Part shown: in pieces, positions 19,732 to 29,333 of the stretch
Numbering within the stretch: position 1 is the first letter of the stretch
Layout of the letters: each line of letters starts with the position of its first letter
Source: an uncultured Bacteroidia bacterium
GTDB taxonomy: Bacteria > Bacteroidota > Bacteroidia > J057
DNA: 64,000 nucleotides
Reading direction: 5' to 3'
Assembly (NCBI GenBank): GCA_964468435.1
Contig: CAYXVE010000001.1
Coordinates: forward strand, 165,020 to 229,019
Notes under the pieces: generated by a model
The model's database searches: none
The model's input: only the letters and a program-made list of their open reading frames with translations
Told to the model about the DNA's origin: nothing
Translations under genes and position numbers: made by a program

Positions 19732-20646
19732 TTAATTATGTGTTTTTTTCTGCGAACGTGGATGAGCTTGCTGGTGCACTGCCTTCAATTTACGGATGGT
19801 ATTGTGAGTATAGACTTGTGTGGAGGCAAGACTTGTATGCCCGAGAAGTTCTTTGATCGCATTGAGGTCGGCTCCCCTGTCTAGTAAATGCGTAGCAAAA
19901 GTATGTCTTAGTACGTGAGGGCTTTTCTGGGATGCATTGCTGGCCAGGCTAAGATACTTGTTGACGATACGATAAACGAGTTTGGGATAAAGTGGCGCTC
20001 CATTGGATCTCATAAAAAAATGATGCCGATAATCCAGCTCGCTCAATTTTAATGCGGCGACGTACTTTATGATGGCCTGTCTTACATGCTTCCCAAAGGG
20101 TACAATTCGCTCTTTATTACCCTTACCCCAAATACGGATATTTCCCCCCAGTAAATCAATGTTCTCTGTTTGTAAATTTATTATTTCACTTCTCCTTAAG
20201 CCGCAACCATACAGAATTTCCAGTATACAATAGTCTCTAATACCCTCAAATGAATTGGGGAATGTAATTTGATCCAGCAAGTGCTCTGTTTCCTGCTCTT
20301 TGAGATACACGGGGAGTTTTTTTTGATTACCTACAGATTTTAAGCCCGTACAGGGGTCATGTGATATCTGGGTAGTTTGAAGAAGAAATCTGAAATAAGC
20401 TTTGACGCTGGATAGCTTTCGCGAAACGGTCCTGCTTGTCAATCCCTTACTTTTGAGTGATCCCATCCAACCCCTGAGCATTTTAGTATTTATGGTATTG
20501 ATATCTAAAGGATCATACAGATCCTGGTCAAATTGTGTGGAGAGGAATGTAGCCAGATTATTTAAATCAGTAGTATAAGCCCTCACTGTTTGAGGACTAT
20601 ACCCCTTTTCAATCTTCAGATATTTTTCAAATGCAAAATTTAGCAT
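19732..20646 (-). CDS. xerC: Tyrosine site-specific recombinase XerC/XerD family
   Basis: 304 aa. It has the N-terminal SAM-like domain and the catalytic R...HxxR...Y pattern (VLRHTFATHLL, LGHTSLASTQVYTH). It sits in the conserved rpsU-xer-hpf arrangement. Confidence 0.75.
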   Translation of the reverse strand: MLNFAFEKYLKIEKGYSPQTVRAYTTDLNNLATFLSTQFDQDLYDPLDINTINTKMLRGWMGSLKSKGLTSRTVSRKLSSVKAYFRFLLQTTQISHDPCTGLKSVGNQKKLPVYLKEQETEHLLDQITFPNSFEGIRDYCILEILYGCGLRRSEIINLQTENIDLLGGNIRIWGKGNKERIVPFGKHVRQAIIKYVAALKLSELDYRHHFFMRSNGAPLYPKLVYRIVNKYLSLASNASQKSPHVLRHTFATHLLDRGADLNAIKELLGHTSLASTQVYTHNTIRKLKAVHQQAHPRSQKKTHN

Positions 20647-20787
20647 TACAGGACTCTAAGTATATTAATCAATATACTAAAGTATCTGTATCCATACAAT
20701 ATTAGAAAAGAGTTTGGTGGATAAATACATCTGGATAATAAAAGGATATTATCCGGAATATATATTCAGGCTTCTGTGAAGAAGGTG

Positions 20788-20982
20788 CTAATAGTTTTCT
20801 GAAGCGTAGTGGTTTTGTCTGTTTACAGCTTTTTTGCGCTTTTCTTTACGCTCTACAGAAGGCTTTTTGTAGAACATACGTTCTCTTACCTCTTTCAACA
20901 CACCAGTTCTTTCAAACTTCTTCTTGTATCTTCTCAGGGCTTTATCTATAGATTCCCCTTCTTTAACTCTTATGATCAGCAT
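20788..20982 (-). CDS. rpsU: 30S ribosomal protein S21
   Basis: 64 aa, highly basic. [42 protein letters not shown] is the canonical S21 sequence. Confidence 0.92.
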   Translation of the reverse strand: MLIIRVKEGESIDKALRRYKKKFERTGVLKEVRERMFYKKPSVERKEKRKKAVNRQNHYASENY

Positions 20983-21209
20983 AATTGTCTATTTTTATTC
21001 TAAGTAGCAAATATACGTCGCTATTTTATTATACCCAAACAGGATCTTAGGACTTTATGAAATTGAAACCCTGGAGACAGACCTCCAGTGGTAAAGGAGA
21101 TTTGATAGATCTGCTATGTATATTCTACAATTAATTATACCTGATCGTGAAATTTTGTTACTTTGCAGTTAAACAAAGTAATCTTTGTCAATTAAGAAAC
21201 CTCATAGAT

Positions 21210-22292
21210 ATGGTTAAAACTGATAGAAAATTCAGAGCAGGAGTATTGTACGGTGATGAAGTACAAGAACTCTTCAATTATGCTAATGAGCACAATTTTG
21301 CCCTTCCTGCTGCTAATGTAGTAGGTACTAACTCTGTAAATGCAGTGATTGAAGCGGCAAAAGAGGTTAATTCTCCTGTAATTATTCAGTTCTCAAATGG
21401 TGGAGCGGTATTCTTTGCAGGAAAAGGGCTGGGAAATGATCAGGAAAAAGCAGCGATTGCCGGTGCTGTTTCCGGTGCTATGCACGTACATCAGATGGCT
21501 GAAGCTTACGGTGTAACAGTTATTCTCCATACCGATCACGCTGCCAAAAAGTTGCTTCCCTGGGTTGAAGGTATGATGGATGCTGGAGAGAAATACTACG
21601 AGCAACATGGAAAGCCATTGTATAGTTCTCATATGCTCGATCTTTCAGAGGAACCGCTGGAAGAAAATATCGAGATATCCACCCGATTTTTTGAGCGCAT
21701 GAACAACATTGGGATGGCCATTGAGATAGAATTGGGTGTTACTGGAGGTGAAGAAGATGGAGTAGATAATACCCAGATAGATAATGCTCGTCTATACACA
21801 CAGCCAGAAGAAGTAGCCTATGCGTTTGAGGAACTGAAAAAAATCAGTGACCGTTTCCTGGTAGCAGCAGCTTTTGGGAATGTGCATGGTGTATACAAGC
21901 CTGGAAATGTGATTCTGCGTCCCGAAATTTTGAAAAACTCTCAGGAGTTTATTCAGCATAAAATCAGTTCCGGACACAATCCGGTAAATTTTGTTTTTCA
22001 TGGCGGATCGGGTTCTTCACGCGAGGATATCCGTAAGGCAATTGAGTACGGTGTAGTCAAGATGAATATCGATACCGACCTTCAGTGGGCTTTCTGGTCT
22101 GGTGTGAGAGCATATGAAAAGAAAAATCACGATTACCTGCAAGCTCAAATTGGTAATCCAGAAGGAGAAGATAAACCCAATAAGAAAAAGTACGATCCAA
22201 GAGTTTGGCTCCGTGAAGCAGAGAAATCTCTGGTTGTACGTCTCAAGGAAGCATTTGAAGATCTCAATGCGGTTGATGTACACGGAAAATAA
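21210..22292 (+). CDS. fbaA: Fructose-bisphosphate aldolase, class II
   Basis: Class II FBA motifs are present (NFALPAANV, VILHTDHA, HGGSGS). The ATG at 21210 (MVKTDRKF...) is preferred to the GTG at 21147. Confidence 0.88.
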   Translation: MVKTDRKFRAGVLYGDEVQELFNYANEHNFALPAANVVGTNSVNAVIEAAKEVNSPVIIQFSNGGAVFFAGKGLGNDQEKAAIAGAVSGAMHVHQMAEAYGVTVILHTDHAAKKLLPWVEGMMDAGEKYYEQHGKPLYSSHMLDLSEEPLEENIEISTRFFERMNNIGMAIEIELGVTGGEEDGVDNTQIDNARLYTQPEEVAYAFEELKKISDRFLVAAAFGNVHGVYKPGNVILRPEILKNSQEFIQHKISSGHNPVNFVFHGGSGSSREDIRKAIEYGVVKMNIDTDLQWAFWSGVRAYEKKNHDYLQAQIGNPEGEDKPNKKKYDPRVWLREAEKSLVVRLKEAFEDLNAVDVHGK

Positions 22293-22302
22293 TCAATACA
22301 TA

Positions 22303-22343
22303 CAGAGACCAACTCATCTACAACAGTTGGTCTCTGTTTTTTT
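22303..22343 (+). terminator. Rho-independent terminator of fbaA
   Basis: cagagaccaact / agttggtctctg form a perfect 12-bp stem with a 10-nt loop, followed by T7. Confidence 0.75.
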
Positions 22344-22456
22344 CATACTTTACAGTCATGGATTCACACCTGCGCCTCATCACAACTAATTCCTGCATGA
22401 AAGACTTTTTTTATTTTTTTGTATGTACATTGGGTCTGTAATCTTCTTACTGCCTT

Positions 22457-23401
22457 ATGTTTATACACAGTGTATCACATTATCTCCCCTCAGAAGTTGT
22501 TACGAATGAACATTTTACAGAGCGATTTGGATTAACTAACGAATGGTTGATAGAGCGTACAGGTATAGAAAAAAGGAGAAAGGCCCAGGAGCATGAAAAC
22601 TCCCACACCATGGGTATTGCTGCGCTTGATAAACTTCTGAGTTCGATACAGGTTGATCATAATGAAATAGACCTGATTGTAGGAGCTACTTACACGCCAT
22701 ATGACCTGATTGTCACATTGGGACATGCTATTCAGAATCACATTGCGGTAGATAATATCCCGGTTGTAACGATATCATCTGCTTGCTCCTCATTATTGAA
22801 CGCATTTGAGATCGTAGAGGGGTATTTTGCTGCAGGAAAATCCAGACATGCACTGATCATATCATCAGAACACAACACCGCATACTACAACGTGGAAGAT
22901 ACCAAAAGCAACCATCTTTGGGGGGATGGAGCTGTGGTTATGTTGGTCAGTAAAGAACAGGTCATGGAAAATGATCTGAGAGTGATTGAAATTCAAACTG
23001 CGGGTGCAGGCAATATTGGAAGGGCCATGGAAGGGGTGGTTCTCAGGCCCAACAATGGAGGTATATCCATGCCTTATGGAAGAGATGTTTTTATTCATGC
23101 CTGTAACTACATGGAAAGTGCGACTCGCAACATCATTGAGCGCAATCATCTTTCCGTTGAAGAGATTAATTATTTTATTCCTCATCAGGCCAACCTGCGT
23201 ATTACTCGCCATGTGGCCAGGGAACTCGGCCTGGACGAAAGCCGGGTGCTATCCAATATACAGTATCTGGGTAACACAGGGAGTGCTGGCTGTGGAATAG
23301 CTCTTTCAGAGCATAGAAAGCATTTTCAGCCTGGAGATATTATCATCATGACTGTTTTTGGAGGAGGATACTCTTACGGAGCTATGCTCATTGAGGCCTG
23401 A
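22457..23401 (+). CDS. 3-oxoacyl-ACP synthase III (FabH-like KAS III) family protein
   Basis: 314 aa. The Cys-His-Asn triad is in its usual contexts (ISSACSS, IPHQANLRI, GNTGSAG), along with the WLIERTGIEKRR motif. Confidence 0.75.
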   Translation: MFIHSVSHYLPSEVVTNEHFTERFGLTNEWLIERTGIEKRRKAQEHENSHTMGIAALDKLLSSIQVDHNEIDLIVGATYTPYDLIVTLGHAIQNHIAVDNIPVVTISSACSSLLNAFEIVEGYFAAGKSRHALIISSEHNTAYYNVEDTKSNHLWGDGAVVMLVSKEQVMENDLRVIEIQTAGAGNIGRAMEGVVLRPNNGGISMPYGRDVFIHACNYMESATRNIIERNHLSVEEINYFIPHQANLRITRHVARELGLDESRVLSNIQYLGNTGSAGCGIALSEHRKHFQPGDIIIMTVFGGGYSYGAMLIEA

Positions 23402-23405
23402 TGGT

Positions 23406-26400
23406 TTACTTGCCGGTTGTATCCTGATTATCAAAATGCTCGATCATATCGTATAAGATCTGATGAAGGTTTGGGCGTATATTCAATTGATAAAGTTTGG
23501 TATTCAAACGAGTCGGAAATACCCGGTTGGAAAAGAATACCAACAGCAGATTGTGTTTGGGATCAGCCCAGGTAAATATTCCTGTATAGCCCGAGTGTCC
23601 AAAGCTTTCATCACTGGCTGAAACTGCAACATACCCTTCATCTTTGTTTTCTAAAGGGGGTTTGTCGAATCCCAGTCCTCTCCGATTTCCTTCCTCCCTG
23701 AACTGATAACTGGTAAATTCTTCGAGAGTCTCATTAGAGATATATCTTTCGCCTCCATAGATCCCTTTGTTCATATACATCTGCATCAACTTGGCAAGAT
23801 CATGAGATGTGCCAAATAGTCCGGCATTACCCGAAACACCACTCATCATGACTGCTCCTTCATCATGTACTCTTCCATGGATTTGTTGCATTCTGAAAAA
23901 AGTATCACGCTCTGTAGGAATAATATCTTCTAATGGATATGTATCCATAGGATTATATGTGAGTGAATATGCCCCTAGTTTATGATAGAAATTATGGTAA
24001 ATATAATCCTGGTAATCTTGGCCGGTAATATGTTCAATCACGGTAGGAAAAATGTAAAAGGCCAGACCCGAGTAAATATATCCAGGCTCTTCATTGAGCG
24101 GAGATTTTCTGATCATTTTAAAGATCTTTTTGTCTCTGAATTTTTCGTGCTGGTATAAATAATCTGTAATAGGGATGTTATAATTTTCATTTGGACGCAT
24201 CCGGAAGGTCCTATTCCTGAATTTACCATTGTCTTTGATCGTTTGGGTCCAGTAAGCAATCCATGGTTTTAGCCGTGCTTGGTGTGCGAGAATGTCCCGT
24301 ATGACCAATTTGCGTTTATGGGACCATTTCCAATCTCTCCAGTAAGTACTGAATCGTTCATCCAAGTCAAATTTCCCCTCGTCGTGCAATTTCATTAGGC
24401 CGGGAAGAGATCCGGTGATTTTGGTTACTGAAGCGAAATCATACAAATCGGAGAGTTCTACCTGCCGCAGAGAGTCATAAGTATGGTATCCATAGGCCTT
24501 GTGGAAGATGATATTGCCATCTTTTGCAACCAGTAATTGTGCTCCGGGATAAGCTCTTCGAGCAATACCTGAATTTACAATGGAATCCAGTTGATTGTCA
24601 AGCACCTCACTGTCCCATCCTATATCTTCTGGCATGGTGAACTTCAGGCGGATACCGCCTGTGGAGCGCATGCCATCGCCTAACTGGAAATGTTCATTGA
24701 CATATACGGGCAGTTTGCCTTTGGCACCTATAGCTCCCATAATTAATTGAGCAGCAGCGATTTCGGTATCTTCAGATCCCTCATAGGCCATGATCAGACC
24801 ATCTGCTTGCTCTATCCCTGGAAAGTAATCCAGGGTGTAGGGATTTCTGAATACACTGATGATCGTGCGAGATCTGCGAGCTAGTGTAGCAATCAGTGTT
24901 TTGATGTGATCGTTGTATTGCTTGCTGATCCCGGGTCTCCTACCGATTTGATGAATCCCGGTAATAACCATATTGTGCTTGTAGATTTTTTGCCGGATCG
25001 AATCTGTCATACCCTCAGATGCGTCTTTGGGTAGGTAGTAAGCGGATATTTTAGTGAATTTACCTAAAGTTTTCTGAAATGTATTATTGTTGTTTCCAAT
25101 CGATAGTACTGCGATATCTAGCGTATCCAGTCGTTTGAGTGGGATGAGTTTTTCATCATTTTTCAATAGGGTCATGGCAGATTCAGCGAGTTGCTGGATA
25201 AGATATCTGGATTCTGCAGGGTGGAGATCTTTGATCAACTGGTCGGTTTCCACCTGGTCAGGGGTATATCTTCTCGCCCAGGCTTTGAGCCGAAGCATTT
25301 TTCTGCATTTGCGATTTATCGCAACCGTATCGATATCTCCTGCTGAGAGTGCTTGTTCGATCTGCTTAATTGCAGCAGTTACATCCTGTGTGTATAGAAG
25401 GATATCGTTACCTGCTATCAGTGCTTTAGCATCTACTACTCCTGGTTCAAAATATTTAGTAACGGCCTGCATATTGAGGGCATCTGTGAAGATGACACCT
25501 TCAAATCCCATTTTTTCTTGTAGCAATCCCGTTACGATATTTTTCGACAGCGTACTGGGAGTATTGGCTTCAGGCTCTAATGCAGGTATATCCAGGTGGG
25601 CTACCATGACAGATCCCAATCCTTTTGACACAGTGTACCTGAAAGGGTAGAGTTCAACTTCATGGAGTCGCTGCTTATTGTGTGTTATCCTGGGTAGGTC
25701 ATAATGTGAATCGGTATCAGTGTCTCCATGACCGGGAAAATGTTTGCCATTGGCAAGTATTCCCATCTCCTGCATTCCCTGAGCATAAGCCCAGCCTTTT
25801 TCTGCTACCTGCTGTTTATCCTCTCCAAATGAGCGATATCCAATTACAGGATTTTGGGAATTGTTGTTGACATCGAGCACTGGAGCGAAATTGACATGAA
25901 CTCCTATCCGGTTGAAATGCTTACCGATTTCCATCCCCATTTGGTTGATCAGTGAAGCATCCTGTATGGCACCCAAGGTCATCTGATAAGGAAAACTCAT
26001 CGTGCTATCCAGTCGCATTCCCAGACCCCATTCTCCGTCCATTGCTACCAGCAAGGGGATTTTGGAGATTTGCTGATAATGATTGTGTAGCTTTGCCTGC
26101 CTGATGGGGCCACCCTGGAAAAAGATCACTCCCCCAATTCCATCATTTTCGATGAGCTTACTAATCTCATAGGTATGTGAAGGTCCTCTATTTGAAAAGG
26201 CTGCTACCATGATCAGCTGAGCGATACGCTCTTTCATAGATAAACTTTCCATGACAGAGTCAGCCCATACAGCAGTCGCGGTGTCTGAGAGAAATGGTGG
26301 GGGAGATGCTTCTTTCTGTTGGGCGTGCATCACAGTTGTGCAAAAAGCCCCAAGCATAAACAGTAAAGTAGTGTATTTCAAGTCTGACAACAAAGTGAAA

Positions 26401-26444
26401 AAATTGATATTTAATCTTGCAAAGACCCGCATAATTAACTTCAT
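23406..26444 (-). CDS. Periplasmic fusion protein: GH3 (NagZ-like beta-N-acetylhexosaminidase) domain plus serine beta-lactamase/PBP-like hydrolase domain
   Basis: GH3 motifs are KHFPGHGDTDTDSH and GVIFTDALNM. The C-terminal half carries the S-x-x-K motif (FASVTKITG). A signal peptide follows the ATG at 26444 (MKLIMRVFARL...LLFMLGAFCTTVMHAQQ). The track ORF extends further, to 26540. Confidence 0.75.
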   Translation of the reverse strand: MKLIMRVFARLNINFFTLLSDLKYTTLLFMLGAFCTTVMHAQQKEASPPPFLSDTATAVWADSVMESLSMKERIAQLIMVAAFSNRGPSHTYEISKLIENDGIGGVIFFQGGPIRQAKLHNHYQQISKIPLLVAMDGEWGLGMRLDSTMSFPYQMTLGAIQDASLINQMGMEIGKHFNRIGVHVNFAPVLDVNNNSQNPVIGYRSFGEDKQQVAEKGWAYAQGMQEMGILANGKHFPGHGDTDTDSHYDLPRITHNKQRLHEVELYPFRYTVSKGLGSVMVAHLDIPALEPEANTPSTLSKNIVTGLLQEKMGFEGVIFTDALNMQAVTKYFEPGVVDAKALIAGNDILLYTQDVTAAIKQIEQALSAGDIDTVAINRKCRKMLRLKAWARRYTPDQVETDQLIKDLHPAESRYLIQQLAESAMTLLKNDEKLIPLKRLDTLDIAVLSIGNNNNTFQKTLGKFTKISAYYLPKDASEGMTDSIRQKIYKHNMVITGIHQIGRRPGISKQYNDHIKTLIATLARRSRTIISVFRNPYTLDYFPGIEQADGLIMAYEGSEDTEIAAAQLIMGAIGAKGKLPVYVNEHFQLGDGMRSTGGIRLKFTMPEDIGWDSEVLDNQLDSIVNSGIARRAYPGAQLLVAKDGNIIFHKAYGYHTYDSLRQVELSDLYDFASVTKITGSLPGLMKLHDEGKFDLDERFSTYWRDWKWSHKRKLVIRDILAHQARLKPWIAYWTQTIKDNGKFRNRTFRMRPNENYNIPITDYLYQHEKFRDKKIFKMIRKSPLNEEPGYIYSGLAFYIFPTVIEHITGQDYQDYIYHNFYHKLGAYSLTYNPMDTYPLEDIIPTERDTFFRMQQIHGRVHDEGAVMMSGVSGNAGLFGTSHDLAKLMQMYMNKGIYGGERYISNETLEEFTSYQFREEGNRRGLGFDKPPLENKDEGYVAVSASDESFGHSGYTGIFTWADPKHNLLLVFFSNRVFPTRLNTKLYQLNIRPNLHQILYDMIEHFDNQDTTGK

Positions 26445-26478
26445 TTGGTAGTAAAAATAGGCAAATAAAAGCAAAAAG

Positions 26479-27237
26479 TTGCAAACTTTGTTAAAAGAAG
26501 AACGCCAGCATATCATTTTAGAAGAGCTTCGTATCCACAAGAAGGTACTTGTTTCAGAGCTTAGTCATGAACTGGCAGTATCTGAAGATACGATTCGCCG
26601 TGATCTGAAAGATCTTGCCGATGATGGCAAGATACGCAAAGTTCATGGAGGAGCAGTAATAAATGCTTTTCCACCATATAGTTTTCATGAGCGTGAAGTT
26701 TATGCCTTAGACAGGAAAATTGCGCTTGCCAGAAAGGCTGTGGAGTATTTTGAAAATGGTCAGGTGATCATCATGGATGGAGGTACAACCAATATGGAAT
26801 TGGCACGCATTCTTCCTGGAGACCTGCAACTCACTATATTTACCAATAGCCTTCCCGTGGGAGTAATACTGGCCGAGCATCCCAAAGTTGAGGTTGTATT
26901 TATTGGAGGAAGGTTACTCAAAAACGAGAAAGTTACAGCGGGAATTGAAGCGATAGAATCTCTACAAGGTATAAGGGCTGACTGGGGCGTTATCGGAACG
27001 AGAAGTATTCATCAGAAAGAAGGTATAACAGAAAACAACTGGGATGAGGCACGTGTCAAAAGGTCCCTCGTCGCTTCTTCCCGTAAGGTAATGACCCTCA
27101 TCATAGAAGAAAAGCTTGAGACGATACATCCTTATCAGGTAGCTAAAACAGAAGATATCAATCTCATGGTAGTAGATCTCGATAAGGATCACAAATTTCT
27201 AAAACCATATACAAAGCTTGGAATCCAAATCATATAA
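26479..27237 (+). CDS. DeoR/GlpR-family transcriptional regulator
   Basis: 252 aa with an N-terminal HTH (ERQHIILEELRIHKKVLVSELSHELAVSEDTIRRDLKDL) and a sugar-phosphate-binding C-terminal domain. It appears to start at TTG. Confidence 0.8.
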   Translation: MQTLLKEERQHIILEELRIHKKVLVSELSHELAVSEDTIRRDLKDLADDGKIRKVHGGAVINAFPPYSFHEREVYALDRKIALARKAVEYFENGQVIIMDGGTTNMELARILPGDLQLTIFTNSLPVGVILAEHPKVEVVFIGGRLLKNEKVTAGIEAIESLQGIRADWGVIGTRSIHQKEGITENNWDEARVKRSLVASSRKVMTLIIEEKLETIHPYQVAKTEDINLMVVDLDKDHKFLKPYTKLGIQII

Positions 27238-27251
27238 TTAACTTTTGCGCT

Positions 27252-29186
27252 ATGACTACAGCTAACACACAAGATTATTACGTACAGGGAGAGCAAAATC
27301 TGTATGAAAAAATACCTGTCAAAATATACGAAAGTTCCAGGATTGCAACTTTTGAAATTGCGCATGAAATTGCACAACTCATATGGGATAAAGCCTCAAA
27401 AGGGGAGACAGCCGTATTGGGTTTGGCAACGGGGTCCACACCTAAGTTTCTTTATACAGAGCTGGTGCGTATGCATCGTGAGGAGGGGTTGAGTTTCAAG
27501 AACGTCGTGACGTTTAACCTGGATGAATACTATCCCATGCAGCCAGACATGCTTCAGAGTTATGTATACTTCATGAAAAAACAACTCTTCGATCATGTTG
27601 ATATAGATGAACAAAATTACTTCATCCCGGATGGTACGCTGACAAAAGAAGATATTGCCGATTTTTGTGAAAGATATGAAAAGCTAATAGATGATTATGG
27701 GGGACTGGATATACAGATTTTGGGGATAGGCAAAACAGGCCATATTGGATTCAATGAGCCAGGGTCCAGTATCAACTCCCGTACCCGCTTGATTACACTA
27801 GATGAACAAACCCGCATTGCTGCCGCGAGCGATTTCTTCTCATTGAGTAAAGTACCCAGGAAAGCTATTACTATGGGTATTAGTACCATTTTGAAATCTA
27901 AAAGAATTGTTTTGATGGCATGGGGAGAGGGTAAATCGAGTGTTATACAGCAGGCTGTAGAGGGAGATATTTCCAATAAAATCCCTGCCACTTATCTTCA
28001 AAATCACCCGAATACCTTAGTGGTCCTCGATGAGGGTGCTGCATCGGATTTGATCAGAAAGAAGTTGCCATGGTTGCTGGAAGACTTTGTATGGGATGAA
28101 AAATCTATTCGAAAAGCCATGGTCAGTCTTGCGCTACAATTAAAAAAACCTATTCTGAAACTCACAGATAAGGATTTTAATGACAATGGATTGAGTAGTC
28201 TGCTCGCACAATATGGATCAGCCTATGAATTGAATATTCGTATTTTCAATGAACTACAGCACACGATTACCGGATGGCCCGGTGGAAAACCCAATGCTGA
28301 TGATACCAACCGCCCGGAACGCAAATCTCCATTTCCCAAAAGAGTTATCATTTTCAGCCCGCATCCGGATGATGATATCATTTCCATGGGTGGGACCTTT
28401 ATCAGGCTGGTAGATCAGGGACATGAGGTTCATGTAGCCTATCAGACATCTGGAAATATCGCTGTTGCTGATGATGAAGCACTTCGATTTGCGGACTTTG
28501 TCGGGGATTTTAACAAACGCTTCAACATAGACAATCACGATGCTGCCAGTATATATTCAGAAGCGAGGCAGTTTTTGATGAAAAAGCAAACCGGGGAAAA
28601 GGACATTGAGCCTATCCGTCAGATCAAGGGCATGATCCGTAAAGGTGAAGCGCTAGCTACCTGCCGTTTTGTAGGCATTCCCGAAGAAAATGCGCATTTT
28701 CTGGAATTGCCGTTTTATGATACAGGTATGGTAGAAAAAAAGCCTCTATCAGATGAGGATATCCAGATTATAGAGGATTTAATCAGAGAAATCAGGCCTC
28801 ACCAGATCTATGCCGCTGGAGACCTGGCAGATCCACATGGTACCCATAAGGTATGTCTGGATGCGATTTTTCAGGCATTGGATCGCCTCCGGGATGAACC
28901 CTGGATCAGGGATTGCTGGGTATGGCTATATCGTGGAGCCTGGCAAGAATGGGATGTTTCCGAGATCGAAATGGCTGTTCCCATGAGCCCTGATGAAGTC
29001 ATCCGCAAGCGTCTGGGCATTTTCAAGCACCAGTCGCAGAAAGATGGAGCTGTATTTCAGGGAACTGATGAAAGGGAGTTCTGGCAGCGTGCCGAACAAC
29101 GCAACCGAGAAACTGCGCATATTTATGATCAGTTGGGGTTTGCAGAATATGAGGCGATCGAAGCATTTGTCAGATATCACTTTTAG
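27252..29186 (+). CDS. nagB: Long-form glucosamine-6-phosphate deaminase fused to a LmbE/PIG-L-like deacetylase domain
   Basis: The N-terminal half has GLATGSTP, FNLDEYY and GIGKTGHIGFNEPGS (NagB motifs). The C-terminal half has IIFSPHPDDDIISMGGT (PIG-L/LmbE motif). Confidence 0.82.
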   Translation: MTTANTQDYYVQGEQNLYEKIPVKIYESSRIATFEIAHEIAQLIWDKASKGETAVLGLATGSTPKFLYTELVRMHREEGLSFKNVVTFNLDEYYPMQPDMLQSYVYFMKKQLFDHVDIDEQNYFIPDGTLTKEDIADFCERYEKLIDDYGGLDIQILGIGKTGHIGFNEPGSSINSRTRLITLDEQTRIAAASDFFSLSKVPRKAITMGISTILKSKRIVLMAWGEGKSSVIQQAVEGDISNKIPATYLQNHPNTLVVLDEGAASDLIRKKLPWLLEDFVWDEKSIRKAMVSLALQLKKPILKLTDKDFNDNGLSSLLAQYGSAYELNIRIFNELQHTITGWPGGKPNADDTNRPERKSPFPKRVIIFSPHPDDDIISMGGTFIRLVDQGHEVHVAYQTSGNIAVADDEALRFADFVGDFNKRFNIDNHDAASIYSEARQFLMKKQTGEKDIEPIRQIKGMIRKGEALATCRFVGIPEENAHFLELPFYDTGMVEKKPLSDEDIQIIEDLIREIRPHQIYAAGDLADPHGTHKVCLDAIFQALDRLRDEPWIRDCWVWLYRGAWQEWDVSEIEMAVPMSPDEVIRKRLGIFKHQSQKDGAVFQGTDEREFWQRAEQRNRETAHIYDQLGFAEYEAIEAFVRYHF

Positions 29187-29333
29187 AAAAATGGTTGCTT
29201 TACGTGCTGATCATATACAACTAAGATCAGGGAATCTGTACCTTTGGATGGAATTCGTAATGTGGTAATTCTCATTTGCTTTTCATGGATTATATGATCA
29301 ATTTGAATCATGTCCTATTAAACTTCTGAATAA

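Noticed and set aside
19732-20646. The tyrosine recombinase could mark an integrated mobile element.
   Set aside because: It sits in the conserved rpsU-xer-hpf arrangement with 2-3 nt gene spacing, consistent with a chromosomal Xer dimer-resolution recombinase. I saw no flanking att-like direct repeats, no tRNA target and no cargo genes.
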